A stretch of 64,000 nucleotides of DNA from Clostridia bacterium. Its GTDB lineage: Bacteria > Bacillota > UBA994 > PWPR01. The translations under genes and the position numbers were made by a program. The notes below the pieces were generated by a model, which saw only the letters and a program-made list of their open reading frames with translations, had not been told where the DNA came from and did not search any database. This document shows, one piece after another, positions 10,440-20,364 of this stretch; position 1 is the stretch's first letter, and the number at the start of each line of letters is the position of its first letter. The DNA is taken from the NCBI GenBank assembly GCA_046542315.1, contig JBKHBO010000003.1:16101-80100 (forward strand), given 5' to 3'.

Positions 10440-11537
10440 ATGATAGAAAAAATAAAAAGAAACAAAAAAAAGCTGATCATCTATACTTCAATAACCCTGG
10501 TAGCTTTTCTAATTGGATATTTACCTACAGGATATTATTGCATGATGCCTGGTAATATTATAAGTTTAGGAGAGATGATTGAAGTTGATAGTCTGCATTC
10601 TTCTGATAATTCTTTTAATATGACTACTGTTACAGTTGTAAAGGCAAGTTTGCCAGTATTATTGTTTGGCAAACTCGCGCCAAATGTCAGGATTGAGCCT
10701 GAAGGTAGAGTTATACCTGAGGGGTGGACAGAAGAAGAGTATAATATCTACTCAAAATATTTAATGACAAATAGTCATAATAATGCAAAACTTGCTGCTG
10801 CTGATTATTTAGATTTGGAATATATTGAGGTCAATCAAGAACCATATATTTTAAGAGTGGTCGATGATGGGCCATCTGCTGGAAAACTTCAGTCAGGTGA
10901 TACAATAGTTTCAATAGACGATATAAAAACAAATAGTATTGAAAAAGCAAGAGAAGTGATTAAATCGTATAGCCCTGGAGATGTTGTGGAGGTAATAATC
11001 GAAAGAAGTGAAGATAAGGATAGCGAAATTAAAGAAATTGTTACCAAAAATATAACTCTTGGTGAAGATGAAGATGGTGAAGCATTATTAGGTGTTAACA
11101 TTATAACGAGAGATAAACAAGTGGTACTTACAGATTATGACATTAATATAAAAACAGGAAGTATCACAGGACCGTCTGCTGGAGCTATGATAACAATGGA
11201 GATATTAAATAAAATAGGAGCTATTAATCTTCCAGATGATGTAGCTATAGCAGGTACTGGAACTATAAATGCTGATGGAACAATAGGTTCAATTGGAGGG
11301 ATAAACCAAAAAATTGTAACTGCTTTTAGGAGGGGCATTAATATTTATTTTGTGCCAGAAAGTAATGCCGATGATATCCTTATTGATCTAGACGAGTATA
11401 AAGACATGAAAATAGTTTATGTTGAAAATATGATTGAAATAATTGAATATATAAATATGGTAAATGAAAATCCTGATTTCTCAGGATTTTTTTATTACTA
11501 CTATAGGGTGTGTGAAGTCTTGCCTGCTAAGTTTTAG
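10440..11537 (+). CDS. YlbL/SepM-like membrane protease (PDZ plus Lon/S16 C-terminal proteolytic domain)
   Basis: N-terminal TM helix, PDZ (GKLQSGDTIVSIDD), Lon_C-type GPSAGAM serine motif. The last ~20 codons run through a terminator hairpin and overlap tmcAL (see findings). Confidence 0.75.
   Translation: MIEKIKRNKKKLIIYTSITLVAFLIGYLPTGYYCMMPGNIISLGEMIEVDSLHSSDNSFNMTTVTVVKASLPVLLFGKLAPNVRIEPEGRVIPEGWTEEEYNIYSKYLMTNSHNNAKLAAADYLDLEYIEVNQEPYILRVVDDGPSAGKLQSGDTIVSIDDIKTNSIEKAREVIKSYSPGDVVEVIIERSEDKDSEIKEIVTKNITLGEDEDGEALLGVNIITRDKQVVLTDYDINIKTGSITGPSAGAMITMEILNKIGAINLPDDVAIAGTGTINADGTIGSIGGINQKIVTAFRRGINIYFVPESNADDILIDLDEYKDMKIVYVENMIEIIEYINMVNENPDFSGFFYYYYRVCEVLPAKF
11467..11493. terminator. 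bidirectional rho-independent terminator located inside the ylbL-like ORF and over the tmcAL stop
   Basis: AAAATCCTGA-TTTC-TCAGGATTTT perfect 10-bp stem followed by TTT (7 consecutive T) on the + strand. An A-run on the 5' side supplies a partial U-tract for the - strand. Confidence 0.7.
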
Positions 11538-12698
11538 TTTTTCATTTTTGTGTTGATCAAAATAGATGTCTGTTGCTCTTAAATCTAACTCCCATGACAG
11601 TTTAGAGAAGTTATTTTCTGGGTTGAATATAGAAGTTTTCTGGATTATAGGAACATCTAAAGATTCTTGCCATTGCTTAATCATCTTACTTTTACTTACA
11701 TTCATCCCTAATATCCGTATATAAGGTAAGTCCTTTTGCCCAAGAGAAGAATGATATAAATTTTTATCAATATTAAGCAAAAGTCTAATAAGTAAACGTT
11801 GTATTCTGCTTGTAGTATATCTTCTACTTGTGCAACCATCTATGAAGTCTGAAATAGCTTTATGGGAATAAGCTTGATTTTTTAATAATTCAACCATCCC
11901 GATTTCTATTTCTGGCAATCTTTCTAGTTGACCATAAGTTGCTCTCTTTAGCAAACAAAAAAATGTATTGCTGAAATCATTCAAATTTAAGTAATAACCT
12001 TTGTTAATGTGATTTTTTAAAACTCGAGCAGCTTTAGAAGGTATTGTGTTTTTTATATTATCATAATCTTCAATTTTCTTTCTTATTGCAGTTGCACTAG
12101 CAATGCCTTTAAGTGTAGTATCATGATAATCATTGCCAATTCTTTTTACAGAATAGGCTTTAATATCCAAATTTTTGGTTAGTAAAGCTTCTAGATAAGA
12201 TATTCCTAAAATATTATTTGATTTATTAAGTTCATTTACTAATTCAGGGTGTAGTTCATTAAATGTCTCCTGATAAGCTTGTGGATAAGATAAACCTTGA
12301 TTTAAATACTTTCTTAATACTTTTTTGAACTGACTTGACTCAGAATGCGATATTTCTGCAATTTCACGTAAATTACTTATATTATTTGATTCTGACCCAA
12401 ATACAAAGTTGTTCGCTTTAATAGCCTTTAAAGCTAATATACTACCATTAGCAAAATTTTCAGAACTGCTTGTAGCATAAATAGTTGGAAGTTCTATTAC
12501 AATATCAACTCCGTTAATAAGTGCTAATTTAGTGCGAGTCCACTTATCAAAAATTGCTGGTTCTCCTCTTTGAACAAAATTTCCACTCATGATAGCTATC
12601 ACAAGATCCGGGTTAGTCTTTTCTCTTGTTTTTCTTAAATGAAAAAGATGTCCATTATGAAAAGGATTGTATTCTGCAATTATACCAGTTATAATCAT
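11481..12698 (-). CDS. tmcAL: tRNA(Met) cytidine acetate ligase TmcAL (YlbM, UPF0348)
   Basis: GIIAEYNPFHNGHLFHL HxGH nucleotidyltransferase motif. Neighbours ylbL, as in Bacillus. Confidence 0.85.
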   Translation of the reverse strand: MIITGIIAEYNPFHNGHLFHLRKTREKTNPDLVIAIMSGNFVQRGEPAIFDKWTRTKLALINGVDIVIELPTIYATSSSENFANGSILALKAIKANNFVFGSESNNISNLREIAEISHSESSQFKKVLRKYLNQGLSYPQAYQETFNELHPELVNELNKSNNILGISYLEALLTKNLDIKAYSVKRIGNDYHDTTLKGIASATAIRKKIEDYDNIKNTIPSKAARVLKNHINKGYYLNLNDFSNTFFCLLKRATYGQLERLPEIEIGMVELLKNQAYSHKAISDFIDGCTSRRYTTSRIQRLLIRLLLNIDKNLYHSSLGQKDLPYIRILGMNVSKSKMIKQWQESLDVPIIQKTSIFNPENNFSKLSWELDLRATDIYFDQHKNEKLKLSRQDFTHPIVVIKKS

Positions 12699-12699
12699 G

Positions 12700-12728
12700 T
12701 TGACTCACCCCTTTGTTTTAGATATAAT
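12700..12728 (+). promoter_or_regulatory. sigma-A-type promoter (TTGACT, 17 nt, TATAAT) for ackA
   Basis: -35 at 12700-12705 and -10 at 12723-12728. It begins directly next to the divergent tmcAL start codon (12696-12698). Confidence 0.55.
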
Positions 12729-12798
12729 ACTTTTGTTGTAATCATGTCATAAATCTGGGTTTAATTCAAATCGTTTTAATTGTTTAGGAGGATGTCTG

Positions 12799-13998
12799 AT
12801 GAAAATATTAGTAATAAACTGTGGTAGTTCTTCACTAAAGTATCAAGTATTTAACATGGAGAAGGAAGAAGTACTAGCAAAAGGCAATGTTGAAAAAATT
12901 GGTATAGAAGGTTCATTTATTAAGTATAAAAACTTTAAAGGTTTTAGTTTGAAGGAAGAGAATGAAATAAATGACCATAACGATGCTATAAAATTGGTGT
13001 TTAATGTTTTAACAGATGATGAAAATGGTGTAATAAAAGACGTTAGTGAAATTGATGCTATAGGACATAGAGTAGTACATGCAGGCGAGAAATATGCAGG
13101 GTCTGTTTTAATTACAAAGGATGTAAAAGATGCATTAAAAGAATGTATTGAACTAGCTCCATTACATAATCCACCTAACATAATTGGAATAGAAGCATGC
13201 GAAGCAATTATGCCAGATGTTCAACATGTAGGTGTTTTCGACACAGCATTTCATCAAACTATGCCAAAGAAAGCATTTTTATATGGATTACCATACGAAT
13301 TTTATGAAAAATATGGTTTGAGAAGATATGGTTTTCATGGAACTTCTCATAAGTACGTAGCTAGTAGAGCAGCAAAAATCTTAGATAAACCTCTAGACGA
13401 ATTAAAAATTGTTACATGCCATCTTGGAAATGGCGCAAGTATTACAGCAGTTGAAAAAGGAAAATCTGTTGATACTAGTATGGGATTCACTCCTTTAGAG
13501 GGGCTTATTATGGGAACTAGGTGTGGAGATATAGATCCAGCTATAGTACCATTTCTAATGGATAAAGAAAATTTAAATACAGACGAAATCAATAACTTGA
13601 TGAATAAAGAATCAGGAGTACTAGGCATATCTGGTGTTAGTAATGATTTTAGAACGTTGGAAGATGCTGCTAGTGATGGAAATGAATTAGCTAAAGTGGC
13701 TTTAGATGCTTTCGCATATAAAGTTAGAAAATATATAGGATCTTATGTGGCTGCTATGGACGGAGTAGATGCTATTGTATTTACTGCAGGAATTGGTGAA
13801 AACAGTGATGTGATCAGAGAGATGGTATGTTCAAAACTAAGTTATCTTGGTGTTAAAATTGACGAAGAATTAAATGGTCAGCGAGGAAGAGAACTAGATA
13901 TTAGTAAAAATGACGCTGAAGTTAGAGTTCTGGTTATTCCTACTAATGAAGAGTTAATGATTGCTAGGGATACACAAGAGATAATTGAAAATTTATAA
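12799..13998 (+). CDS. ackA: acetate kinase
   Basis: [33 protein letters not shown]. Confidence 0.95.
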   Translation: MKILVINCGSSSLKYQVFNMEKEEVLAKGNVEKIGIEGSFIKYKNFKGFSLKEENEINDHNDAIKLVFNVLTDDENGVIKDVSEIDAIGHRVVHAGEKYAGSVLITKDVKDALKECIELAPLHNPPNIIGIEACEAIMPDVQHVGVFDTAFHQTMPKKAFLYGLPYEFYEKYGLRRYGFHGTSHKYVASRAAKILDKPLDELKIVTCHLGNGASITAVEKGKSVDTSMGFTPLEGLIMGTRCGDIDPAIVPFLMDKENLNTDEINNLMNKESGVLGISGVSNDFRTLEDAASDGNELAKVALDAFAYKVRKYIGSYVAAMDGVDAIVFTAGIGENSDVIREMVCSKLSYLGVKIDEELNGQRGRELDISKNDAEVRVLVIPTNEELMIARDTQEIIENL

Positions 13999-14002
13999 AA
14001 GT

Positions 14003-14031
14003 TTGACGAATCAGAGAAAAAAAAGTATAAT
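14003..14031 (+). promoter_or_regulatory. sigma-A-type promoter (TTGACG, 17 nt, TATAAT) for yceD-rpmF
   Basis: -35 at 14003-14008 and -10 at 14026-14031. Confidence 0.55.
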
Positions 14032-14049
14032 ACTTCGGAGTGTGATGAA

Positions 14050-14556
14050 ATGTCTTCAATGATAAGTTTCATATTGGAGAAAGGTCAAAAGAAATCTTTA
14101 AAAGAAGAATTAGAGTTTCATAACGATGGCATTAATGCCAAAGGTATTGCATATATAGATATAAATAATACTGAATATGGAATAGATATTTCTGTAAATT
14201 TTGAAGGAGAAGTCTATTTAATATGTTCAAGGTGTGCTGTAAATTATACAAAAAATGAAGTTATTAATCATCAAATCATTATAGCCAAAACAGATGAAGG
14301 CTTAGAATTAGATGATGAAACAGCGGAAATGAATGTTGTAAGTTTATCTCAGAGCACTTTGGATGTTTATGAACTGTTAAGACAATTATTGATAGAAAAG
14401 CAAGAAATGCGCCCACTTTGCAAGGAAAATTGTAAAGGTTTGTGTCCTACATGCGGTACTAATTTGAATCATGGTGAATGTGATTGTGAAGTAGAGGATG
14501 TAGACCCAAGATGGGCAAAATTAAAATCTTTAGATATATCGAAAGAGGAGGTGTAG
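14050..14556 (+). CDS. YceD/YlbN family DUF177 protein (large-subunit rRNA accumulation protein)
   Basis: C-terminal Cys cluster CKENCKGLCPTCGTNLNHGECDC. Sits immediately upstream of rpmF, as is conserved. Confidence 0.8.
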   Translation: MSSMISFILEKGQKKSLKEELEFHNDGINAKGIAYIDINNTEYGIDISVNFEGEVYLICSRCAVNYTKNEVINHQIIIAKTDEGLELDDETAEMNVVSLSQSTLDVYELLRQLLIEKQEMRPLCKENCKGLCPTCGTNLNHGECDCEVEDVDPRWAKLKSLDISKEEV

Positions 14557-14559
14557 ATA

Positions 14560-14733
14560 ATGGCTGTTCCAAAGCAGAAGAAATCAAGAGCTAATACAAG
14601 GATGGGCCGATCTCACTGGAAATTAAATCCAAAAAATGTTGTAGAGTGTCCTGAGTGCCATGAGCCAAAATTACCACATCGTTTATGTCCTTCATGTGGA
14701 TTTTACAATGGAAGACAAGTAAAAGAAGTTTAA
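14560..14733 (+). CDS. rpmF: 50S ribosomal protein L32
   Basis: Not in the ORF track (57 aa). My translation is MAVPKQKKSRANTRMGRSHWKLNPKNVVECPECHEPKLPHRLCPSCGFYNGRQVKEV, with a GGAGG RBS upstream and a terminator downstream. Confidence 0.9.
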   Translation: MAVPKQKKSRANTRMGRSHWKLNPKNVVECPECHEPKLPHRLCPSCGFYNGRQVKEV

Positions 14734-14734
14734 T

Positions 14735-14765
14735 AAAAAACCGACTGCAAAGCAGTCGGTTTTTC
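14735..14765 (+). terminator. rho-independent terminator
   Basis: AAAAAACCGACTGC-AAA-GCAGTCGGTTTTT. Confidence 0.85.
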
Positions 14766-14810
14766 TGTTAAAATAGTAATAAGAGTTAATATCTTAGGGA
14801 GAGATTACTA

Positions 14811-15827
14811 ATGAAAATAGCGATAGATTGTATGGGTAGTGACAAAGGTCCTGAAGTTATGGTGAAAGGTGCAGTTAAAGGAGCTAAAAAGCATAAAGAT
14901 TCAGAACTTGTTTTAGTTGGTAATGAAAGTGAAATTCAAGAAATTTTGAATGGTTTAGAAATTGACAATTTAACTATTACAATTCATAATACTACTCAAG
15001 TAATAAAAAATGACGATAAGCCAATTGTTGCTGTTAGAGCTAAAAAAGATTCATCTATGGTAGTTGCCTCTAGAATGGTGAGCGCTAATGATGTGGATGC
15101 CTTTATAACCGCAGGGAGCACAGGTGCGTATCTAACTGCGGGACTCTTAATTATAGGTAGGATTAAAGGTATTAGAAGGCCTGCTTTGTCTGCAATTATA
15201 CCATCTTATATAATTAATAATAAAGAAGCACTTCTAATAGATTGTGGTGCTAATATGGATGCTACTAGTGATGATTTATACAATTATGCTATAATGGGAG
15301 AAATATATTCAAGAGAATTAATGGGTCGAAAACACCCAAGAATATCCTTACTAAATGTTGGTTTAGAAGAAGGAAAAGGCAATAAATTAGTAAAAGAAAC
15401 ATATGAAATATTAAAAGAAAGCGATTTAAATTTTATAGGCAACATTGAAGCTCGAACTGTTTTTAATGGAGAAACTGATGTGGTTGTTTGCGATGGGTTC
15501 TCAGGCAACGTAGCTATTAAAACTTTTGAGGGAGCCGCAAAAGCTCTAATGGGTAAATTGAAAGAAGCAATAATGAGTGGTTTTAAAAGTAAAATTGGAG
15601 CACTTTTACTTAAAAGCAATTTAGAAGCTATGAAAGAAGATTTAGATTACAATCAATACGGAGGAGGGGTGCTTTTAGGATTGAAAGGGGTTGCAGTTAA
15701 GTGTCACGGTAGTGCATCAGAATTAGCAGTGGAAGTAGCATTTACACAGACATATAATATGGTCAAAAAAAATCTCGTTGAAACTATTGAAGAAAAATTA
15801 AGAGAAAAATTTAATGAGGAGAATTAA
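14811..15827 (+). CDS. plsX: phosphate acyltransferase PlsX
   Basis: MKIAIDCMGSDKGP, VVCDGFSGNV, GLKGVAVKCHGS. Confidence 0.95.
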   Translation: MKIAIDCMGSDKGPEVMVKGAVKGAKKHKDSELVLVGNESEIQEILNGLEIDNLTITIHNTTQVIKNDDKPIVAVRAKKDSSMVVASRMVSANDVDAFITAGSTGAYLTAGLLIIGRIKGIRRPALSAIIPSYIINNKEALLIDCGANMDATSDDLYNYAIMGEIYSRELMGRKHPRISLLNVGLEEGKGNKLVKETYEILKESDLNFIGNIEARTVFNGETDVVVCDGFSGNVAIKTFEGAAKALMGKLKEAIMSGFKSKIGALLLKSNLEAMKEDLDYNQYGGGVLLGLKGVAVKCHGSASELAVEVAFTQTYNMVKKNLVETIEEKLREKFNEEN

Positions 15828-15828
15828 A

Positions 15829-16071
15829 ATGGCAATAAAAGAAAAAGTTATAAAAATTCTAGCTGAAAAACTAGAACTACCAGTTGAAGACATTAGTGTG
15901 GAATCAGATATTTATGATGACTTAGATGCAGATTCAATAGATCTACTAGAAGTAATTCTAGAAGTTGAAAATGAATTTGATTGTGAAATTGATGATCAAG
16001 AGATTGCTGATATACGCCTTGTAGGTGATGCAATCAAACTCTTAGAAGAAAGGATAGAAGATGAAAAATAA
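15829..16071 (+). CDS. acpP: acyl carrier protein
   Basis: Start trimmed to ATG 15829 (GAGGAG RBS). DADSIDLLEV phosphopantetheine-serine motif; small acidic protein between plsX and rnc. Confidence 0.85.
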   Translation: MAIKEKVIKILAEKLELPVEDISVESDIYDDLDADSIDLLEVILEVENEFDCEIDDQEIADIRLVGDAIKLLEERIEDEK

Positions 16072-16762
16072 TGGAATAAATTTCTTTACTCAACAAACTG
16101 GCTATTTGTTTAAAAATAAAAAGCTGTTTGATATTGCTACTACTCATACGTCGTTTGCATATGAAAATGACCTTGATTATGATTATGAAAGACTGGAGTA
16201 TTTAGGTGATGCAGTGATTGAATTAGTTATTTCAGAAGAGTTATATAGAAGATCTCCAAAAGCAACTGAGGGACAACTTACTTTTTTAAGATCTAGAATA
16301 GTAAGGCAAAAATCTTTAGTTGAAGTAGCAAAAGAAATAGGATTGCCAGGTTTAGTACTATTAGGAAAAGGTGAGCAACAAACAGGTGGAAGCAGTAAAA
16401 GATCACTATTAGCTGACGTAATGGAAGCTATAATTGGCGCAATATATATTGATTCAGGGTTTTTAGTTGCTCGTGAATTTATATTGAAAAATTTTGCTGA
16501 TATTATATCTCATAGCTATGAAACCGCAAATGATGATTTTAAGACTCGCTTGCAAGAAAAATTGCAAAAAGATTATAAATCTGTAAATATTGAGTACGAA
16601 GTTCTTAATAGTAGTGGACCTGATCATGACAAAGAGTTCCAAATTGGACTTTATGTAAATAAGATATTAGTAGCTAAAGGAATCGGTAGGAGTAAAAAAC
16701 AAGCAGAGCAAGAAGCTGCGAGTAACTACTTAGCTGAAGTTAACTTAAAAGAAAAAAAATAG
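16061..16762 (+). CDS. rnc: ribonuclease III
   Basis: RNase III signature ERLEYLGDAV; C-terminal dsRBD ending GIGRSKKQAEQEAA. Confidence 0.95.
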   Translation: MKNNGINFFTQQTGYLFKNKKLFDIATTHTSFAYENDLDYDYERLEYLGDAVIELVISEELYRRSPKATEGQLTFLRSRIVRQKSLVEVAKEIGLPGLVLLGKGEQQTGGSSKRSLLADVMEAIIGAIYIDSGFLVAREFILKNFADIISHSYETANDDFKTRLQEKLQKDYKSVNIEYEVLNSSGPDHDKEFQIGLYVNKILVAKGIGRSKKQAEQEAASNYLAEVNLKEKK

Positions 16763-16784
16763 ACCGGTCAATTGACCGGTTTTT
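16763..16784 (+). terminator. rho-independent terminator (perfect 18-nt palindrome ACCGGTCAATTGACCGGT plus TTTT)
   Basis: Read directly. An A-run lies upstream and a T-run downstream. Confidence 0.7.
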
Positions 16785-16808
16785 ACACTTATGAACGGAG
16801 TTGGTCAT

Positions 16809-19800
16809 ATGCACTTATCAAAATGTATCATTAATGGATTTAAATCTTTTGCAGATAGAGTTGAAATTGATTTTCAAGAAGGATTTTCTGCAATTGTAGG
16901 GCCTAATGGATGTGGAAAAAGCAACATCTATGAAGCTATTTTATGGGTATTAGGAGAGCAACGACCTACAAGTCTTAGAAGTTCTAAGATGGAAGAGGTA
17001 ATATTTTCAGGGACATCTTCTCGTAATCCCGTAGGGATGGCTGAGGTTAGCTTATTCATAATCGATGATCAAAGACTTTTAAGTGATAAATCAGAACTTA
17101 AAATAACTAGGAGACTTTTTCGTTCAGGCGATAGCGAATATTTTTTAAATGGACAACAATGCAGATTGAAAGACATAACTCAGCTTCTTTCAAAAGTAGG
17201 GATGGGAAAAAACTCATATGCATTTATTGGTCAAGGGGAAGTTAATGATATTTTGAAGGCACGTCCACAAGATTTAAGACTAATGTTTGAGGAAGCTGCT
17301 GGAATATCAGAATATAAATCACAAAAATTCTCAACAGAAGCACAGCTTCAGAAAAATAGCGATAGTATTTTGCGCGTAAATGATTTAATTAAAGAGATTG
17401 AAAGTGATTGTCAAAACCTTAGAATCAGAGCTGAGCAAGCTAGAAAACATAAAGAGATTAAAGAATTATTAGAGAATAAGAAAGAAACTTTACTTATTTC
17501 AAAGTATAAAGATTTAACTTTGGACATTGAAGAAAAAAGAAAGTCTATTAAAAACTATTTAGATAAAGTAGAAGATAATAAACTGCTAATAGAAAGTAAT
17601 AATTCTAAAGAAACTCTCCTCAAAAATAAAAGAAGAGAAGCATTTGAAAAAAAGCAATCTTTAGAGAGAGAGTTCATACGAAATGAATCCAAATTAGACT
17701 CTAAGTTAAGTAGAAAAAGTGAACTTTTAGAAGAAGTTTCAAATTTAGAGAGTAACTTTTTAAGTTTGAGAAAAGAGCTTAGTGAAGAAAGCAGTAATTT
17801 AGAAGAATACTTAGAAGTTTATGATGCAAAGGTATTAGAGAAGAGTCAATTAGAGAAAAAATTAGAAGGACTTAGAAGCAAAAATAAAACTGATACTCAA
17901 AAGTTGAATACATTAAAAGATAATTTTAATGAGGATCAATATTTAGATTATGATGAACAATATCATGAGCTTAAAATGCATCTATCATCCTTGGAACAAA
18001 AAATAAAGTCAATAAATGAGGATTATTCTAGAATTGATGAAGAGATAAACAATAATATCCTAAAAAAGAAATTTATAGAGGAAAATATTTCTAAGACAAA
18101 GGTTCAAATATCTATTGAAGAAGAAAATTTAGACAAAGTATCAAGTAAAATTAAAGAGTTAATAAGTGAAAACTCAGATATTCAAGAAAGTTATGAGGAG
18201 TTAAGAAAAACTGATAATGATTTAGATGAAAAACTACATGATACTTACCAAAAATATCAAATTACTAAAAATAAATTGGAGTTTTATCAACACCAAAAAG
18301 AAGATTATTCAGGATATTACAATGGTGTCAAGTTTTTGATGCAGGCTAAATCCAGGTTGGATAATATGGAAAGTTTATATGGCCCTTTAGCAGAACTTAT
18401 TACAATACCAGATAAATATCAAGTTGCTATTGGTGAAGTTTTAGGCAGTAGGTCACAATATTTAGTATGTGAAACAGCAAAAGCTGCTACTGAAATGATT
18501 AGTTTGTTAAAAAGGGAGAAAGCTGGTAAGTCAAGTTTCCTACCACTAGATTCATTAAAAAGCAAAAAAAATTCCATTCCTAACCAAATAATTAATGATA
18601 GCGCTTTTCTGGGTAGAGCAAGTGAAATTATTAACTATCCTAAAAATATTACGAGAGCGGTAGAGCAGCTATTGTCAAATGTATTGATATATGATTATTC
18701 AAAGAACGTGCTGACTTTAAATAGAAAAGTAAACCACAACTTCATGATTGCTACATTAGATGGTGAGGTTTTTTACAGTTCTGGAATAATTTCTGGAGGT
18801 AAAAACAAAGGGAATACTAACCAAGAACTTTTAGCAAGAAATAAGATTATAGATAGCTTATCAAAAGAAGTTAATGATTATAAACAACTGCATAACAAAT
18901 ATGCTAAAAAGATGCAGCTGGTAAAAGAAAAACTTGATAAAATATCAAAAGATTCTAGTAAGTATAAGTCTAACATTGACAAATTCAAAAGTGACAGAAA
19001 TCAATTGGAAAAAGATATATCTAACCTTAGTATAAAGTATAATAACCTTATCGAGAGATTAGAAGAAATTGATGCAGTCATAGCTTCTAATAAAAAGAGA
19101 AAAGATAATTTACTTTCATCAAAATTAGAAACACAAGCAGAATTAAATAGTAAACAAAGCATTTTTGAAACTATATCTAAGAAAAAAAGTAGATATACTG
19201 AAATTTATGAAGAAATAAAAACTAAAGAAATGAGGCTTTTAAGTACAAATTCTGACATTAGAGTTGCAAACAATAGACTAGAAAGCCTTAAGACTTTAAT
19301 TATTGAGTTAAATAATAATATAGAAACTATTAAGGATAGGATAATAAAAAATAAAGAATTGCTTAAGGAAAGAAAAGTTTCTTTAGATCAAAAAAGAGAA
19401 TACTTAGAAAGTGTAAAAGAAGAAGCCTCAGTTTTAAGAAAAACAAATGAAGAATTAGAACAAAAAAATCTATTACTAGGCAATGATCTTCAATCCATAG
19501 ATGATCAGCTAGAGAACCTTGTAATAAAAAATAGGGATTTAAGAAGCAATATAGAGCAAAGTCAAAACAAAATAAGAGAACTGGAATTAAATATTGTAAG
19601 TTTAGAAACAGACTTAAAGTACACAGAAGCTGAACTTTACCAAAATAATATTGATATTAAAAGTGTTGAATTAAAAAAATTTGAAGTTACTAAAAGTTCA
19701 ATTAATAGTTTGTCTAAAGAAGTAAGCAAACTTGAAAAAGAAAGTAAAAGTTTAGACAATATTGATTATGGTGCAATTGAAGATCTTGAAAGAAAAGAAA

Positions 19801-20351
19801 AAAGACTAGATTTTCTACAAGAGCAAAAGATTGATTTAGTTGAAACACAAGAGAAACTAACATCATTAATAAGGAAAGTTGACAATTTGTGTATTAACGA
19901 ACTTGGGACAACAATTTCTACAGTGAGAGACAACTTTAAATATATATTCCAAGATTTATTTAGAGGTGGAAGTGCTGATATTGTATGGGAACTTGATGAT
20001 AACATTTTCAATAGTGGAATTACATTAAGTGTATCTCCACCAGGGAAAAATGTAAAAAACATGAATCAGCTTTCAGGAGGAGAAAAGGCTCTCACTGCAA
20101 TAGCTTTACTGTTAGCTTTTGCAAAACTTCGCGACTCTGCGTTTTGTATTTTCGATGAAGTTGATGCAGCTTTAGATGAGAACAATAACCTATTATTAGT
20201 AGATTATTTACAAGATATATCAAAAACATCTCAGGTAATCACTATAACTCACTCTAGACATACAATGGCTCATGCAAACCATCTATATGGAGTTGTAATG
20301 CAAGAGAAAGGTGTTTCTAGAGTAATAAACGTTGAGATGGATAAAAAGTAA
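16809..20351 (+). CDS. smc: chromosome segregation protein SMC
   Basis: Start trimmed to ATG 16809. Walker A GPNGCGKSN, long coiled coils, hinge, signature LSGGEKALTAIALL, Walker B FCIFDEVDAALD. Confidence 0.95.
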   Translation: MHLSKCIINGFKSFADRVEIDFQEGFSAIVGPNGCGKSNIYEAILWVLGEQRPTSLRSSKMEEVIFSGTSSRNPVGMAEVSLFIIDDQRLLSDKSELKITRRLFRSGDSEYFLNGQQCRLKDITQLLSKVGMGKNSYAFIGQGEVNDILKARPQDLRLMFEEAAGISEYKSQKFSTEAQLQKNSDSILRVNDLIKEIESDCQNLRIRAEQARKHKEIKELLENKKETLLISKYKDLTLDIEEKRKSIKNYLDKVEDNKLLIESNNSKETLLKNKRREAFEKKQSLEREFIRNESKLDSKLSRKSELLEEVSNLESNFLSLRKELSEESSNLEEYLEVYDAKVLEKSQLEKKLEGLRSKNKTDTQKLNTLKDNFNEDQYLDYDEQYHELKMHLSSLEQKIKSINEDYSRIDEEINNNILKKKFIEENISKTKVQISIEEENLDKVSSKIKELISENSDIQESYEELRKTDNDLDEKLHDTYQKYQITKNKLEFYQHQKEDYSGYYNGVKFLMQAKSRLDNMESLYGPLAELITIPDKYQVAIGEVLGSRSQYLVCETAKAATEMISLLKREKAGKSSFLPLDSLKSKKNSIPNQIINDSAFLGRASEIINYPKNITRAVEQLLSNVLIYDYSKNVLTLNRKVNHNFMIATLDGEVFYSSGIISGGKNKGNTNQELLARNKIIDSLSKEVNDYKQLHNKYAKKMQLVKEKLDKISKDSSKYKSNIDKFKSDRNQLEKDISNLSIKYNNLIERLEEIDAVIASNKKRKDNLLSSKLETQAELNSKQSIFETISKKKSRYTEIYEEIKTKEMRLLSTNSDIRVANNRLESLKTLIIELNNNIETIKDRIIKNKELLKERKVSLDQKREYLESVKEEASVLRKTNEELEQKNLLLGNDLQSIDDQLENLVIKNRDLRSNIEQSQNKIRELELNIVSLETDLKYTEAELYQNNIDIKSVELKKFEVTKSSINSLSKEVSKLEKESKSLDNIDYGAIEDLERKEKRLDFLQEQKIDLVETQEKLTSLIRKVDNLCINELGTTISTVRDNFKYIFQDLFRGGSADIVWELDDNIFNSGITLSVSPPGKNVKNMNQLSGGEKALTAIALLLAFAKLRDSAFCIFDEVDAALDENNNLLLVDYLQDISKTSQVITITHSRHTMAHANHLYGVVMQEKGVSRVINVEMDKK

Positions 20352-20364
20352 AGGAGCAATATTG

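Noticed and set aside
16763-16780. Palindrome ACCGGTCAATTGACCGGT containing nested 6-bp palindromic sites
   Set aside because: Its position right after the rnc stop and the following T-run make it an ordinary intrinsic terminator. Nothing links it to the methyltransferase.
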